Positions 12,954 through 26,486 of a DNA stretch of 64,000 nucleotides are shown here, piece by piece (position 1 is the stretch's first letter; the number at the start of each line of letters is the position of its first letter). Under the pieces are notes generated by a model that made no database searches, was not told the DNA's origin, and was given only the letters and a program-made list of their open reading frames with translations. Where the stretch lies: contig NW_004797818.1 of assembly GCF_000002075.1 (NCBI RefSeq), positions 268,198-332,197 of the forward strand. Direction: 5' to 3'. The translations under genes and the position numbers were made by a program. Origin of the DNA: Aplysia californica. Taxonomy: Eukaryota.

Positions 12954-15900
12954 ATGAATCAAGAGGTGTTAGATTTATGCTGCAAGCTGGTTCCGGAAAA
13001 TTATGTCTTACAAGGTGCCCAAGCAAGGAATACTCATGAACACAAAATCAAACATTTGTTGCAACATGTGAGTTTGGAGTGCTATTTAGTACAAATCATC
13101 AAATGTACCTATCGTTTTGGGGTTTTTTTTGTCTCGGTGATATGGAAACTTTTGTTCATGACATCTGTTCTATTTTTTAAATTCTTTTTCACTTACTTTT
13201 CTTGAAGTTGTTTCAATGACAGAGAAGATACTTTGGTTTTGGTATAAATCTTGGATGGTTGTTTATTGTTGTAGAAACAGGTAACTATTTCTGATACCCT
13301 TGACATGAATGCGTCATATGGATTCAATATAAAAATTATTATTCATTTTCAGAGAAAAATTCCAGAGGATGGCTGGGACGATCAGACGATAGAGCTGTTT
13401 CTCCAAGAACTGGCGGTGATGGATAGCAACAACTTCCCCGGCAACTGCGGTGTTGGTGAAAGAGAGGCTCGGATTGCTTCACAGTTGGTGGCAAAGAGAC
13501 ATTACAGGTTGCGTTACCATATTTTGTGAAAGAGATTAGGATTTATCATCTGATATGTGATTGAAAATGTGACTGTGATATAATGTCAAAACAAGACGGT
13601 AAAAATCTTTGCTTAAATAAAAACTTCAAGAATTATAAAGAGAGCGTGCCTGCCTTTCTTTACACCCTTCACTGCAAAATTTAACTGGGGATGAAATATT
13701 GTTTATTGATAATATTCTGTTTGGAAATAATTCTATTGTGTCATTAAATCAAACAAATAAAAATGTGTGGTTAAAACTTCAACCCGTTTGATAAATGTTG
13801 GAAGTGGGTGGTTGGTGGATGCTCTTGTGTGGTCTGCTCCTTCTTTCCTATCAAACATCTATCATCCTTTAATCTCTCCTCCTTTTTTGTGTTCATTACT
13901 CTCTTGTAACACCTCTAATCTTCGGCACTTTTATATGGCCTTATTGTGTTGCAAGTGCCATAAAAACTTTTAACAAACAAAACAAATGTTGGAAGTCTGA
14001 AGCTTATTTGCATAAGTAAACCAGCATGCTTATAATTGGTGTCCCTTTCTTTGATTAGCTCAGTCTCTTTCAATGCCTTTCTTTTTTCCAGGTAAAGTAA
14101 AAATTTATTAGATTTTTAATAAGTGTGATTTGTTCAGAGGGCTCAGTGTTGCACAATTTGTAATAGGTTCCCATTTTGTTTTCTTTCTAGACTGGGCCAT
14201 GGCATTGGACGTTCAGGTGATATAACTGCTGTGCAGCCCAAAGCAGCTGGCTCCAGTGTTCTCATGAAACTTACCAACAGCTTGGTTTTGGATGCCATTA
14301 AATTGAGTGGTATGAGTTTTTTTCCTGTAAGATAAGAAATTTTGGTTTTGACATAGTTGTTATTACCTGCTCATTCCCCCTTTACCTTGGGATTGGAAAA
14401 GTAGTGGATTTTTGTAAAGAATAAGAAAACAGACATGAAACTATGTCGACAAAATATAGCTGGTGCAGATTGAATTTCCAGTCTTCAGGGACTGTCCAAT
14501 CACCTTTGCATGATATGGTCATCTGTAGGCAGTCAGCCTGCCTTTCATTCTTTGAAATTCTAATTGGTGAATCGAATTCTAGTATTTTTATAATATTGCC
14601 TCTGAAAACACACTTACTAATACCTAGAGGTCACGTAAGTTCATTCCAAAGTAAGGGGAAATCATTTTACCAACTGTGGGTCTAACCATAAGTCATCCGG
14701 ATTTTGTGTTCGATTTAGCTAAGATCCCATTTGCATAAGATCCCCTGTTTTTCCTTATTCCCAAGCACTGGGATCTTAGATGGATACTACAGCATTTGAC
14801 ACCAGGGTTCTGACATCTTTTTGACATCTCAGCCATCTGATTGCCAGTGGATGACAAAGTTGTACAGCCTAAGTCACATAATTAAGGACCAGATGATCCT
14901 GAAGAGATGACTGCTAATGACTTCAGTTAAAATACTTCTCTGCACATGTCCTTGCTTGTGCTGACTTTAAATTTTTCATCTGAAAATAAACATATTTTTA
15001 TATTTGCTGCTGTGACATTTGTACTTGGTTTTGTTGAAGCAAAGTGGATCTAAAATCAACAGAAGGAGCTTTTACATTTTCATTTTTGTCATCTAAATGT
15101 TCTTTCATAAAATATGTTGTGACACACAGCATCTTAAATAAAACAGGACAAAAAACTTACATACCGGCATTGTGATGGTGAATGTTTGATTTTGTGTTCC
15201 CAGGCATCCAGTCAACCAGCTCGTGTTTTGTGGTTCCCATGGCAACAGGAATGGCCCTTGTTTTGTGTATGCTAACATTAAAGCAAAGGAGACCTAAGGC
15301 CAAGTATGTTTTGTGGCCTCGGATTGATCAGAAGTCTTGCTTTAAGTCGATCGTAACGGCTGGTAAGTAATTGTCTCTTTCATTATTCTTTCATGTGGCG
15401 GAGGGGTCAGTGCGCTCGTCTCTGAAGACAAATTTTTTTCACCTCTCATCCCTGCCTGCCCAGCAGTAATGAATGGGTACCTGAATTCGGAGTTGGGGAA
15501 GTAAAGACGGCGTGGAAAGGAACTGGCCATCCTACTACAATATGTCAAAGGCCCAGGAAGTTGTCTCATCGGATACGGGAACAACTGTACTGTACTCTCA
15601 CTACTTTGTGATATTGCTCAGCACTTAACGAATTTATTGTTAATAGTTACAAATTCTAGCATTTAGCCCCTTTCGGTTCACCTGTTTGGTTATTTTGCAA
15701 GTTTGAGAGGTACCCTTAGAGACCCACCCAAGATTCTGTTTCCATTTTCCGTGATTATTTTGTACTTGTACTTTCGTGAAGCTGTAATACAGAAAATTCC
15801 AGCAGATGGAAGTTCACTCATTCTTCAGTTGTTTGTGACTTGCGGCTAAATGCCCAGTCACCAGGAGTATTGTAACGTGGTTACTTGATACATTGATCTG

Positions 15901-18900
15901 GTCTGCTCTTTTTTTCATGAATCCTTTTGTCTCTATCTGCTTTCTGACACTTAAACACTAATAGATATTGATAAAACTGGAACATCCATTGAATCTGATT
16001 ACTCTTGGTTAACAATCAGTGTGTGGTTCCATGTGTCATTATTGTGAATTGTTCTTTCCAGAAATTTCCTGAATTTTGTAAATTAAAATCGTAAGCGTGG
16101 ACACATGTTTGTAAGTTTATGCTGGTGAATACTGATACGTACGACATATTCCTGTCAATGGGGATTTAGGTCTTGATTTATAACACGAATGCATGATTAT
16201 CTTTATTAGTACTCTCAAAATTTCTGAATAAGAAGTTGCGTTTGTTTTTGTTGTGGACAGCACATGGGCGCCTGCATAAATGTAATCTTTTAATATTTAG
16301 TTTTGGAGGTAAGAACAATGGATTGACTCTCATTCTTATTTGATTGTATAATTGACATCATTGAAAGTTAACTTCATATTTATTTCCTCACCATAGGATT
16401 TGAGCCTGTGATTATAGAGAACTGCCTTGAGGGAGATGAACTGAGAACAGATGTAGCAACCATCAAACAAAAGATCGAAGATCTCGGGGCCGACAATGTT
16501 TTGTGTGTTATGACCACAACCAGCTGCTTCACCCCAAGAGTGCCCGACAGGTAACACGTTCTGTGTTCAATTGTGCTGTCTTGGGCTCTTTTCCTTTCTT
16601 TTTTTTTCAAACCTCTATGGGAATTATCATTATCTATTGAAAAACTGTCATTGTCTGTCTGCTTTTCCACTATAATGACTAAATTTTTTCTTTAAATGTC
16701 GTGTTTCTAATACATGTATGTTTAGAAATTATAGATAATGTACACAGGAGTAAGTTCTAATACTATTGGTTGCAGCAATAATAATACTAGCATTTAATTT
16801 ATGAAATATGTTTCTTATTCTGGGCTAAATTTGTCGAACTTCAATGGCTTGAACCTGAATTGTAACTAGCAGAAGCTTTTCTACACAGCTTTTGTAATGT
16901 ATATGTATGGAAATCTGATCTAGTCTACGCCACAATTTAGGGATGATAAGGGGCCTTGGCATAAAAGGTGGTTTTAAAACAATAATAACTTTTTTGTTTC
17001 TTCAGATTGGAAGAGGTAGGAAAACTGTGCAAACAACAGGAGGTTCCTCATGTCATCAATAATGCTTACGGAGTACAGTCGTCTAAGTGCACACATTTGA
17101 TTCAACAAGCTGCTCGGGTCGGGAGGGTCGATGCTTTTGTTCAAAGCACAGACAAAAACTTCATGGTTCCTGTTGGTGGAGCTATTATTGCTGGTTTTGA
17201 CAAGAAGTTTATTGAGGAAATTGGAAAGTCGTATCCAGGTAACGGTCAAAGAGTGATTGTCACATCAGTCAAGCCTGCCTAAAGCAGATTTGTTTTAATG
17301 TTTATCGTGGTTTGTTTTAATGTTTATCGTGGTTTGTTTTAATGTTTATCGTGGTTTGTTTTAATGTTTATCGTGGTTTACTCCTACCTTTTCGTGGAGA
17401 GTAACATAAAAATAGAACTGGAATTTTTGTTTTATTTTATGTGAGTTTGACATTATCCACTTATTTGTACCAATGTAGTGGACATTACCTTGTCAGCTCA
17501 TATGACAAGGCAGAAATGGGACTCTGACATGTTAATATAGAGAACTTTATATTGAAAGGTTAAGGTAGAAAAGGACAAATTTTGAATGTTTCCGAGACTC
17601 ATCGTTCGTTAATTACAGTATGTCTGATCACTGTGAGTGGTCCATCTGATAGAAAACTCTTCTCTTAGTATCCAGGTGCTTCTTCTTGCTTAGTACTGGT
17701 CTCTGAATGGTAACTCTTTCTAATTTCAATAGAGAAAGGATTGGGACTTAATCATGAGTTGTTCTCTACTGTAGTTTGGCTGAGAGACTGCTCGTCAATA
17801 TCAGCTTTTTCCTGATCTCTGAGCTCCAGTATATTATGAGGTACCTAGCATATAGTGACGTCAATTGCCTAGTGGTTAGGCTTTCAGACTCTCAACCGCA
17901 AGATCATGGGTTCAAATTCAGTCAGGGACTGGATGTTGTACCCATGGGAAAAGCACTTTATATGAATTTTCCTCACTTCACCTAGGTAGGAATGGGTACC
18001 CAGCTATAGGCAGCGAAAGATCTTGTCAGTTTGTTAGTGTTATTGTAGTGCCTGCAATCTGTAGCTTGCACTGTATGGTTCCTGGGAAGCTGAGAATACT
18101 TCTGTGTGATTAAAGGCCCGCTGGAGTAATAATGGTTGTAAAGCGCTTAGAGCATGCTGTAGAGCGTGATATGCGCTATATGATAAGTGCAACTGTTATC
18201 ATAATTATTATCTTCCTTCATGTACTTTCAGGTAGAGCATCGGCAACGCCATCTCTAGACCTGCTCATCACTCTGCTGTCCTTGGGGTCAAGTGGATACA
18301 AGAAACTGCTCGATGAACGCAAGCAAATGTTCTCATATTTGTCGTCATCGCTGTCAGAATGTGCAGCTAGACATGGTGAACGTACTTTACAAACAAAGAA
18401 CAACCCAATCTCATTAGGTGAGTTTGTCTTGTTGAAGACATCAGAGTCTTGGATCAGTAAATAAATATACAAGTTGCTTGGCATAAAAATGCTTTCAGCC
18501 AACTATTGCCTTTCGTGACAGGGATCCTTTCTAAAACATACGTTTTTTTTTTTTTACAGTCGTTCATTTGTAATATTGCAAAGTTGGTTTTTGTTGTCAC
18601 ATTCTCATCCCTGGTGAGTTGAGCCTGTCAAATTGGAAGCTTTCTTTAACAGTTTCTGTAGAACCCTTTGTGTAATGTAAGAGCCTTGTTGCCATCATGT
18701 ATCATTTTGAGTGGTTTTAGTTAAGAAATGACAAGACCACTCTAAGTTATTGTACCGGCTATCTTTACAAACCCTTGGACAGTTATAGTGGGTGTATGGT
18801 GTAGTTTGCTCCCTCTTTCATGTCAATCATGTACTGTCCTTATCTGTCCTCCTTTTTTTTTTTTTTAATGTTACTCTCAAGTAACACCGCTGATCTTCAG

Positions 18901-18977
18901 CACTTAAGATAAGATAAGATAAGATACATCTTTATTGTCCAGATCCTGGCACATTGGTTTGGTGTTCCACCACGAGT

Positions 18978-19019
<42 letters not shown>

Positions 19020-20283
19020 ACAACGTGCACACACATGCACACACAAGTAGGCTTACAATCACATGCATAATATAAATGAGCAGCAATATAAACAATAATA
19101 ACCGTAAGCTAGATACACACTCAATGTTATTTTAATGCATGCCCTAAGGTCGTAAGTACAGTAAACACTTATGTGAACTATTAGAGTTGTGAGTGCTGTA
19201 AAACTCTTCATAAAATAAAATGAACAATTATAGTACTGTGTGTCCCTCATGCAGGAATCACCTTAAGTCTTGAAGACGACCCCACAGGAGTGAAGGCCAC
19301 ACAGATTGGTTCCATGCTCTTCACAAGATTTGTCTCTGGGACGCGGTGAGTGCTCAGTGAGCTCCAGAGAAACGGGTTAGAAAAGTTCTACTTAATCTTC
19401 TTGACTGGTCTGCATGGCTCTTATATTTCACTGTTGTCAGTGTCTGCCAATTCCATTGTGATGGGTGGTTTGTCTGTGCTGTGGTGTGGTTTGCTCCTTC
19501 TTTCCTATCGAACATCTATCGTCTTTATCTCTCCTCCTTTTTTTGCTTTTGTTACTCTATTGTAACACTTCTAATCTTCGGCACTTATATATGACCTTAT
19601 TGTGTTGCAAGTGCCATAAAACTCTTACTAAAACTAAACTTCACGTTTGAAAAATAGCAAAGAAGAGAATTGACATTAGATGATTTGAACAGCACTTATT
19701 ATGTATATATATATAATTTGACTTAGGCAGACGAAGCAAGCAAGTGGAAAAGCTTATCTTAAACTTTTAGGGCTTTAAACCAATGCCTTTTAGAACTGAA
19801 CAAAACTAGTTGTTGTTGTCCTGTTCCAAGTTCTTCTCAGTCTTCTCTTCCTCGCTGTCCTTTTACTACCCTGCCTTCCACGCTTCCAGGATTATTTTGC
19901 TAAGGCGGCAAAGGAGTCACATCTTTTCCTGACTTGTCTACAGTTTCTTACCATGTCTTTATCTCCTCCCCCCCCTCCCCCCAAACCTTTGAATTATGGA
20001 GAAAATTTGTGTATCCATATCCTTTTATTTTAAGATTTCTCATTATCTCACCTGCAGAGTTGTTGCACCTGGTAAAGACAATCGAGTGAGTGGATACCAT
20101 TTCAAGAACTTTGGCGCCCACTACGACAACTACCCGTGTGCTTACCTCACTGCTGCAGGGGCCATTGGAATGACTAAATCAGACGTGGACTTGTTCATCA
20201 CACGCTTGGATAAAGTCTTATCTAAGTATAAGACCACACCCTCCGAAGAAGTACCCGCTGGAACTGAAGAAAAAGATCCTTAA
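12954..20283 (+). CDS. SEPSECS: O-phosphoseryl-tRNA(Sec) selenium transferase (SepSecS), complete, 478 aa
   Basis: Exons: 12954-13067, 13353-13507, 14191-14309, 15204-15362, 16397-16550, 17006-17238, 18232-18417, 19255-19345, 20058-20283. Total 1437 nt, in frame, all GT-AG. Motifs [46 protein letters not shown] (PLP lysine), YPGRAS. An acceptor at 12935-36 implies an upstream non-coding exon. Confidence 0.97.
13806..13983 (+). mobile_element. short retroposon family B (about 175 bp, no tRNA head)
   Basis: GGGTGGTTGG head, pyrimidine-rich body, tail CCTTATTGTGTTGCAAGTGCCATAAAAAC. 13-bp TSD AAATGTTGGAAGT. Confidence 0.85.
15394..15598 (+). mobile_element. tRNA-derived SINE with Meta-like core
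   Basis: A-box-like TGGCGGAGGGG, core CCCAGCAGTAATGAATGGGTACCTG..GGGGAAGTAAAGACGGCG..GAACTGGCCA, tail (CTGTA)n. Confidence 0.55.
17289..17379. repeat. 22-bp tandem repeat, 4 identical copies
   Basis: Unit TTTGTTTTAATGTTTATCGTGG in SEPSECS intron 6. Confidence 0.95.
17854..18210 (+). mobile_element. tRNA/CORE-like SINE (family A)
   Basis: CCTAGTGGTTAGG and GGTTCAAATTC boxes, CORE-like block, L2-type tail GTAAAGCGCTTAGAGC..GCGCTATA. Ends about 21 nt before SEPSECS exon 7. Confidence 0.85.
19462..19640 (+). mobile_element. short retroposon family B
   Basis: Colinear with 13806-13983. Confidence 0.8.
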
Positions 20284-21762
20284 AAAATCTAGCAGCTTTA
20301 TCTGATTCAATTTAGTGCCATCATACAGTATTTGCCACAGACCATTCTTGTCCACTATCAGATACCATTTCAGGTCCACAAAAACCCATGTTCATTTTTT
20401 CGATTTTGACTTCTTTTTAACAGACTTGCCTGAGAACAAAGATAGCATCTGTGCATCACCTGCCTTTGCTAATCCAAACTACGCATTTGTGCATCCCTTG
20501 CCTTTGCCAGTCCAAACTAAGCTTGACTTTTGTTCTTCAGTGCTCTTACCTTCTGTTCAAGCTTTGTGGTATATTACTGTTTCTCTTGTATGGCTCAGAA
20601 GTGGAAAATGAAATAGTTCTTTTGGTTTAGGTTTTCCTTCCTTTTGTTTCTTGCTGGTGCTGGCAGAACCTTCTGTATCTCCATACTTCATTCTTTGTAC
20701 AGCTCGACTTGTCTGTGACCCTTTGAGAAACTTATACTGCTCAGCACTCTGATACGGGACATATAACTTTTTTACCTCTTTTTTATCTTTTCCGATCAAA
20801 GTTTTATTTATACAGTTGACTAACTGTAGATAGTTGAATGAGCTTTTCTTGTAAGTATAATAGATGCATTCTTATAACAAAAGAATGCATTGCTGTTGTG
20901 ATTGAGCCAGGCTTCAGTTTTCACCTCGTGGTGTCTGATCTAAGTGTGTGCTCTCAGTCTCTGTGTCTGCTGTTGGGGGAATGAGAGCTGCTCTGCTGTC
21001 GTTAACAGTGGAACATATCTTGGTTCACTTGTCATGTCTGTTTGTCAACGTTACGGGTAATCACTTAAGGCAAAAGGACAAACCAGGGAATCTATGATCA
21101 AGTTCTGTTGAGGAAACAGAGCTGTGTTTGTTGATCTACTCTCTTTTTAGCAATGTAGCAACAGGGTGGGGAGGAAGTGAGCTGTATTTTTTAACATGTG
21201 TTTTCCATTTCTGATGCTAATGGCTGATACACTTGTACTGATGTACCTTAAAATCTTAAAATGTTTTGTCGTGAAATGAAGGCAACCAGAATGAAGTCAC
21301 ATACCTGAGATTTTCAAAGATTGTCTGTCGTTTCTCTGATGTTGTTAAAATTACAAACTGGAAGGTGGGGTTACTGTGAGCAGGTTTTTACCTTTCAAAT
21401 TGATAGGCCCTACTTAACTATTCGGAAACTAAAGCAAAGCAAGGATTTACACTTGGTACTCAAATATACTTTTGAAAAAAATGGAACCCAGTTCTCCTAA
21501 GCTTTATTGGTGTCAAAGTTAAGATTTCTTGTGTGGCCTTTTGGCTACCTATTTGAGTTTCATCTTATTTGATAAATGTGTATGAATATGAAGGAATCAT
21601 TTAGTTCTGCCTAAAAAAAGAAAAGTTTTATTTCATTTTGTTGAAACTAAAATTTGTAGAGATATAAATTTATGTTTTTATTTGTTGGTTTGTCTCAGCT
21701 TTGGTATCTGACTTTAGTTATAACTTTTTTCTGAAACTGAAATGGAAGATAACTCTTTTATT

Positions 21763-22121
21763 GTGGCGTCGGTGGCCTAGTGGTTAGGCTACCGGACTTG
21801 TAATCGTGAGGTTGCGGGTTCGGGGGTTCAAGCCGAGGGCCCGACGTTGTGTCCTTGGGAAAGGCACTTTACACGAATTTTCCCCACTTCACCCAGGCGA
21901 AAATGGGTACCCAGCTATAGACAGTGAAAGATCTTGTCAGTTTGTTAGTGTTTGAGCGCTTAACCAGCTGCTTGCACTGTATGCTTCCCGGGAAGCTGAG
22001 AATGTTTCTGAGTGTTCTATAGTCTGCTGGGGTAACTATATAGTGTAAAGCACATAGAGCTTGCTTTCAAGTGGGGACATGCGCTATACAAATGCTATTT
22101 ACTTTTACTATTATTATTATT
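21763..22121 (+). mobile_element. tRNA/CORE-like SINE (family A)
   Basis: A box TGGCCTAGTGG, B-box-like GGTTC, GTTGTGTCCTTGGGAAAGGCACTTTA, tail GTAAAGC..GCGCTATACAAATG(TTA)n. Confidence 0.9.
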
Positions 22122-23626
22122 CCAAAAACTAGAAATTTGTCAAATCTGAGACAAAGCAGTCTGTACTGCAAATATTTGATAAATGTAACCTATTTTACCT
22201 TACTAATCGGTATCTACCACTGTGGGTCAAGGTGATTCAGCATCGTTGGCCATTAACACTGCCATTACTCATCATTACTGCCAATACTGTCTTCATAAAA
22301 CATACACATTTGCAATGCTGGAAGACATCACATACTTAATCTGCGCTCACCACATGCATCCACATCCAAAACTAAGTAGGGTCTAAGAAAAAAAACCCTT
22401 ATTTTTGTCACAGATGAATTATTGTAAGTTGATTGATCCGATTTTGTAACTGATAACTCTCTACACTGGTATTTGCATCATCTATACATATTATATTTGT
22501 GAAAATTCGTCACTTTCATCGCCTAGAACTTGCGAACCACTTAATTTTCAAATTTGACAAAATTAATGGTGGTTCAGAATCATTTAAAGAGTGCTCAGTT
22601 TCATTGAGGAGCCTGAAGTCACTGTAGTTTAATTTTCAGTTTTTCTTTAGTTTCGTTTAGATCTAATCTTGGGAAAGTCCATCTTCTAAGATGCCATTGT
22701 AAACAAGTGAGGTTTCCGTTCACTAGCCATGCCCACTGTTCCACACTCTTTTCTCTCAAGATTTATTGCTTCATTCCTGTAGAGTGTAAATATAGTAGGC
22801 CAATGACTTTCAGTTGATGTTAACGCACCGATCATTCCTTTCATGGAAAGGGGGCCCAGTTAGTTACATATTTTGGAATTTCCGGCCTTAAGTTGCTTTC
22901 CTCGTTTCATGGGGCTAATCTTCATCTTCACAAGTGTCAGCATTTTCCCCTTGCCATAATGTCATGTACACTGGCAGCTGTCACCCTCACTCTCAGCGTG
23001 CCCCATTTTGGACACTAGCACTGTCTCTTGCACCCTGTCTCGTTTTCTACTTTGTTCTAGATGGTGGACTGTCCGGTGGTGCACTCTGACATACTTTTAG
23101 TTCCCCATGTCATGTGGCTTCTGTTGCTGTCCTGCCTCTTAATATTGTGTTGCGAAGAAGCATAGAATTAAAACAAAAATCCCACATACACAGTTAAAAA
23201 TATCCATTATTAAAAGAAACAAGATCAGAGCATAATTTTAAAATGTCATCCCAACTCCCCCCATGACTCTTGTTTTGTAATTTCTCTCTTGAATGGGTGT
23301 TGCTGTACACTATAAATGTACATGACATGTGTTCATGTTTCAGTTTGTGATTTACATTCCACTTTCAGAACCTGGTGGAAAAAAAGATGCATAGCTATTT
23401 TTGAAATTATTTGAGTGGTGTTTAATTCTGTGTGTAAGTTTGACTCCTTTTATCATGTTTTGTCTGTATAGTAAACAGATCTCTTACTTAAAATACATGT
23501 TTCTATTTTTCACTAACAATGTTGAAGCTTGTGAATTTACACTACTGTCTGTGTTAATACAGTTTTGATATTGCATTCTACCCGTTCTTGCTTTTCTTTT
23601 TTTACAAGACAATAATCTCTGCCTTT

Positions 23627-23797
23627 GGGTGGTTGGGGGTGTTTTGGTGTGGTTTGCTTCTTCTTTCCTAACAAACATCTATCGTCTTTATCTCCCCTCC
23701 TTTTTTTTTGTGTTTGTTACTCTCTTGTAACCCCTCTAATCTTCGACACTATATATGACCTTATTCTGTTGCAAGTGCCGTAAAATTCTTACTAAAA
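23627..23797 (+). mobile_element. short retroposon family B
   Basis: Colinear. Imperfect TSD AATCTCTGCCT/AATCTGTGCCT. Confidence 0.8.
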
Positions 23798-25594
23798 CAA
23801 TCAATCTGTGCCTAATAATTGTGTGTCACTTGCACTCTGCCCCATCACGTACTCTGATCTAGTTGCTTGTTTCATCCTGTTGTTTTATTGTTGTAGTAGA
23901 ACCTGCTCAATATACAGTCGCACTTGACTTGTGATAAGACAGACTAACACCAGCAGAGCATATTTTACAGGGAAAATTTAAAAAAACGCATTTTGTTTCA
24001 TCACACAACAGCAACCCAGTGGCCGTAGAGTTGTTTACCTTTATTTTCAATGGTTTAGGAGCAATTCTAGTTAAAGTTCAGACCTGGCTTTGACCCTCCA
24101 TGTGAAATTATGAATAATTTGCCATCAATTCTTCAAATAAATAAAAAATTGATATTCTATGGATCTGCAGTCTTATCACAAGGGAAATGATATAGGACAT
24201 TTTTATTGGCACTTCCCTAGATTTTCCCAAATGTTGCTGTCACACTGTCACTTCTCCTTATTTAGGAAAATACACGTAGATCTAATTACTCTTATGATGA
24301 CCTCCTTTGGATAAATTTTTACAAACAAAGCAAGAGAAAGTTGCAAGAGTGTGACATGAGAAGAGAAAAATGCTTGGTTGTAGATTGTCAAAAGAGATAT
24401 GTTGGTACATGTACAATGTACCCATCGACGGTGGACAGGAATGGTACTAGACATAATGGTACATGCAGGTCTGATGCCAAATATCTTGTTTTCTAGAATA
24501 ACCCTGATGAGAAATGCTTTACACGAGTGCCTACAAGTACAAGTCTAAAACTGCAAGTTTTCCCTCATTGTTTTGCAAAACTATGAGTGCTTGAGAAACG
24601 AGCTTGCCTTTAGACAGGCTAATTTACAGCAAAGAATTTGTTTTACAGCTTGCATTAATGTAGTGTAGAGACTACAGTAATCTGCCAGCAACCCAGAGTC
24701 CTTTGGCTTGTCTGTTACATTATATAGTTTATACGACTTGTACTATAATCAAGCACAGGTGATCACTCAGTAAACATATTTCTGTTGACGTAAAAGTCAT
24801 GGGTTCGAATCCCGTCAGCAGCTTGATTTTTATTATTATCATCCAAGTACAGGTGTACAGCAGTTAGGTGATGCATTATTCAGTTTTAAATTTCATGAAA
24901 ATAGACCACATTCCTAATTTTTTTTTTTGGGGGGGTGGGTGTATTCTTCGTATCTCTTTGATCTTTCTTTTGCACTGGTCTATTGTCTCATTTGACACCA
25001 ATACATATATTACATTGTAACTGCAGGGTGCTTACTTGCCCCAGTTGTCAAGATGAAGAAAAAAAAATTGGCATATTAAAGTTCTTATTATAATTGTATT
25101 GATGTATGTCTCATTTTTTTAAGGCTCAATGTGATGAATTTACTTGTAGAAAAGTTGCATTTTCTGCTGGTGAGCAAAGAGTTTTTATAAGCCCCCCTCA
25201 CCCGGAAAGACTAACAAACTAAAAGTTGAACTATTAAATCCAATTATGTTTTCCAGCAACGAATGTTGGGACAATTTAACGTGGCATGACTAACATGTGG
25301 CCAAGTATCTAAACATATCATACACTGACACATAATCTATATTGGCAAGGCCTTGGCACATTCCTATGAACAGACCATCACATGTATTTTATACATGCTG
25401 ATTCCCCTAGCATTCAAAGGACTTTGAGCTCAGATGGTGAAAATCATACTCGCTTGCAATGCCAGCCACAATGCTTTGAATCCCACCATGCTGTTCTTGC
25501 ACTTTGGTTTTGAATTTTCATGGGTCCCAACCATTTAAAATAGATGCAAAATTGAGGTCCAACTACTTAACCCTTTCCGTAACGTCATGTTTTA

Positions 25595-26417
25595 CAGTGG
25601 AACTCGGATTTAACGAGCTCGGATTCAACGAGATGAGATAGATTCCCTGTTTTTTTCCTTCTTTAAAATCAATAAAAGTAACCCGCATTCAACGAGCACT
25701 TAAATCAGCGAGCTTGGATTCAACGAGGTCGCTTCCAGGGTGAACAGCCCCCGCAGACATGGCGTCGCTCATTTTTCTCCCAGAACAAACTTTATCTATT
25801 CCCAGAAACCATCCATTGCACCTGCATCATGAACCATTATTCACGTAGCCGATTGCATGCGACCAATCAGCGGCCTTTTTAAATACCTACACGTGTGTTG
25901 TTGGCAAGTGTACGTGTCTACTCTGGCGTGTGTCGGGGTCGGATGGGCGGCCTGCACACGTGTGGCTGTGTGTGCGTGTCGGGGAGGGGGAGGGGGGCAC
26001 TAGCGGTCCGGGCGTTGAACGTCGCATATATACAAACGCGTCAGTCTTTTTTTCCCTCGGCAACTGATCATTATTACAATAATAAGCTAGTTTTGACGTA
26101 GATCTACATGTATAATGAATTGTGCGCTGGTCTATGGAATCAAAAGTTGCCGTATGCTCGGCTCTACACAGCAACACAACTTTTTCTTGGTAAACAATCG
26201 AGATGACACAGGCTTGTGTATTTGAACGAATCGGTCTTTTTTTACACAGCTCATAATATGCAGGCATTTCAGGCACTACTTGTGACTTCTCTTTATACAT
26301 AACTTGCTCAGTGCCTGTAATTATCTACACAAAACCTCGTGTTTGCTATAACGAACACTCGGATTCAACGAGATTTTAGGTCAGGCCCAACGACCTCGTT
26401 GAATCCGAGTTCCACTG
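25595..26417. mobile_element. Tc1/mariner (pogo/Tigger-like) non-autonomous element
   Basis: TA|CAGTGGAACTCGGATT(T/C)AACGAG ... CTCGTTGAATCCGAGTTCCACTG|TA. Internal GGATTCAACGAG repeats. Confidence 0.88.
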
Positions 26418-26486
26418 TACTATCGTATCCATACGACGTGGGGAACTATGTGTCACCACTTTCCAAAAAGGAAATTTACTCATTAA

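Noticed and set aside
5001-17379. CRISPR-like arrays
   Set aside because: The 30-bp and 22-bp repeats are head-to-tail with no unique spacers, and the context is eukaryotic.
24500-24520. Hammerhead ribozyme cores (CTGATGA at 24504, 45750 and 45959)
   Set aside because: No stem II plus GAAA or flanking helices in the required arrangement.
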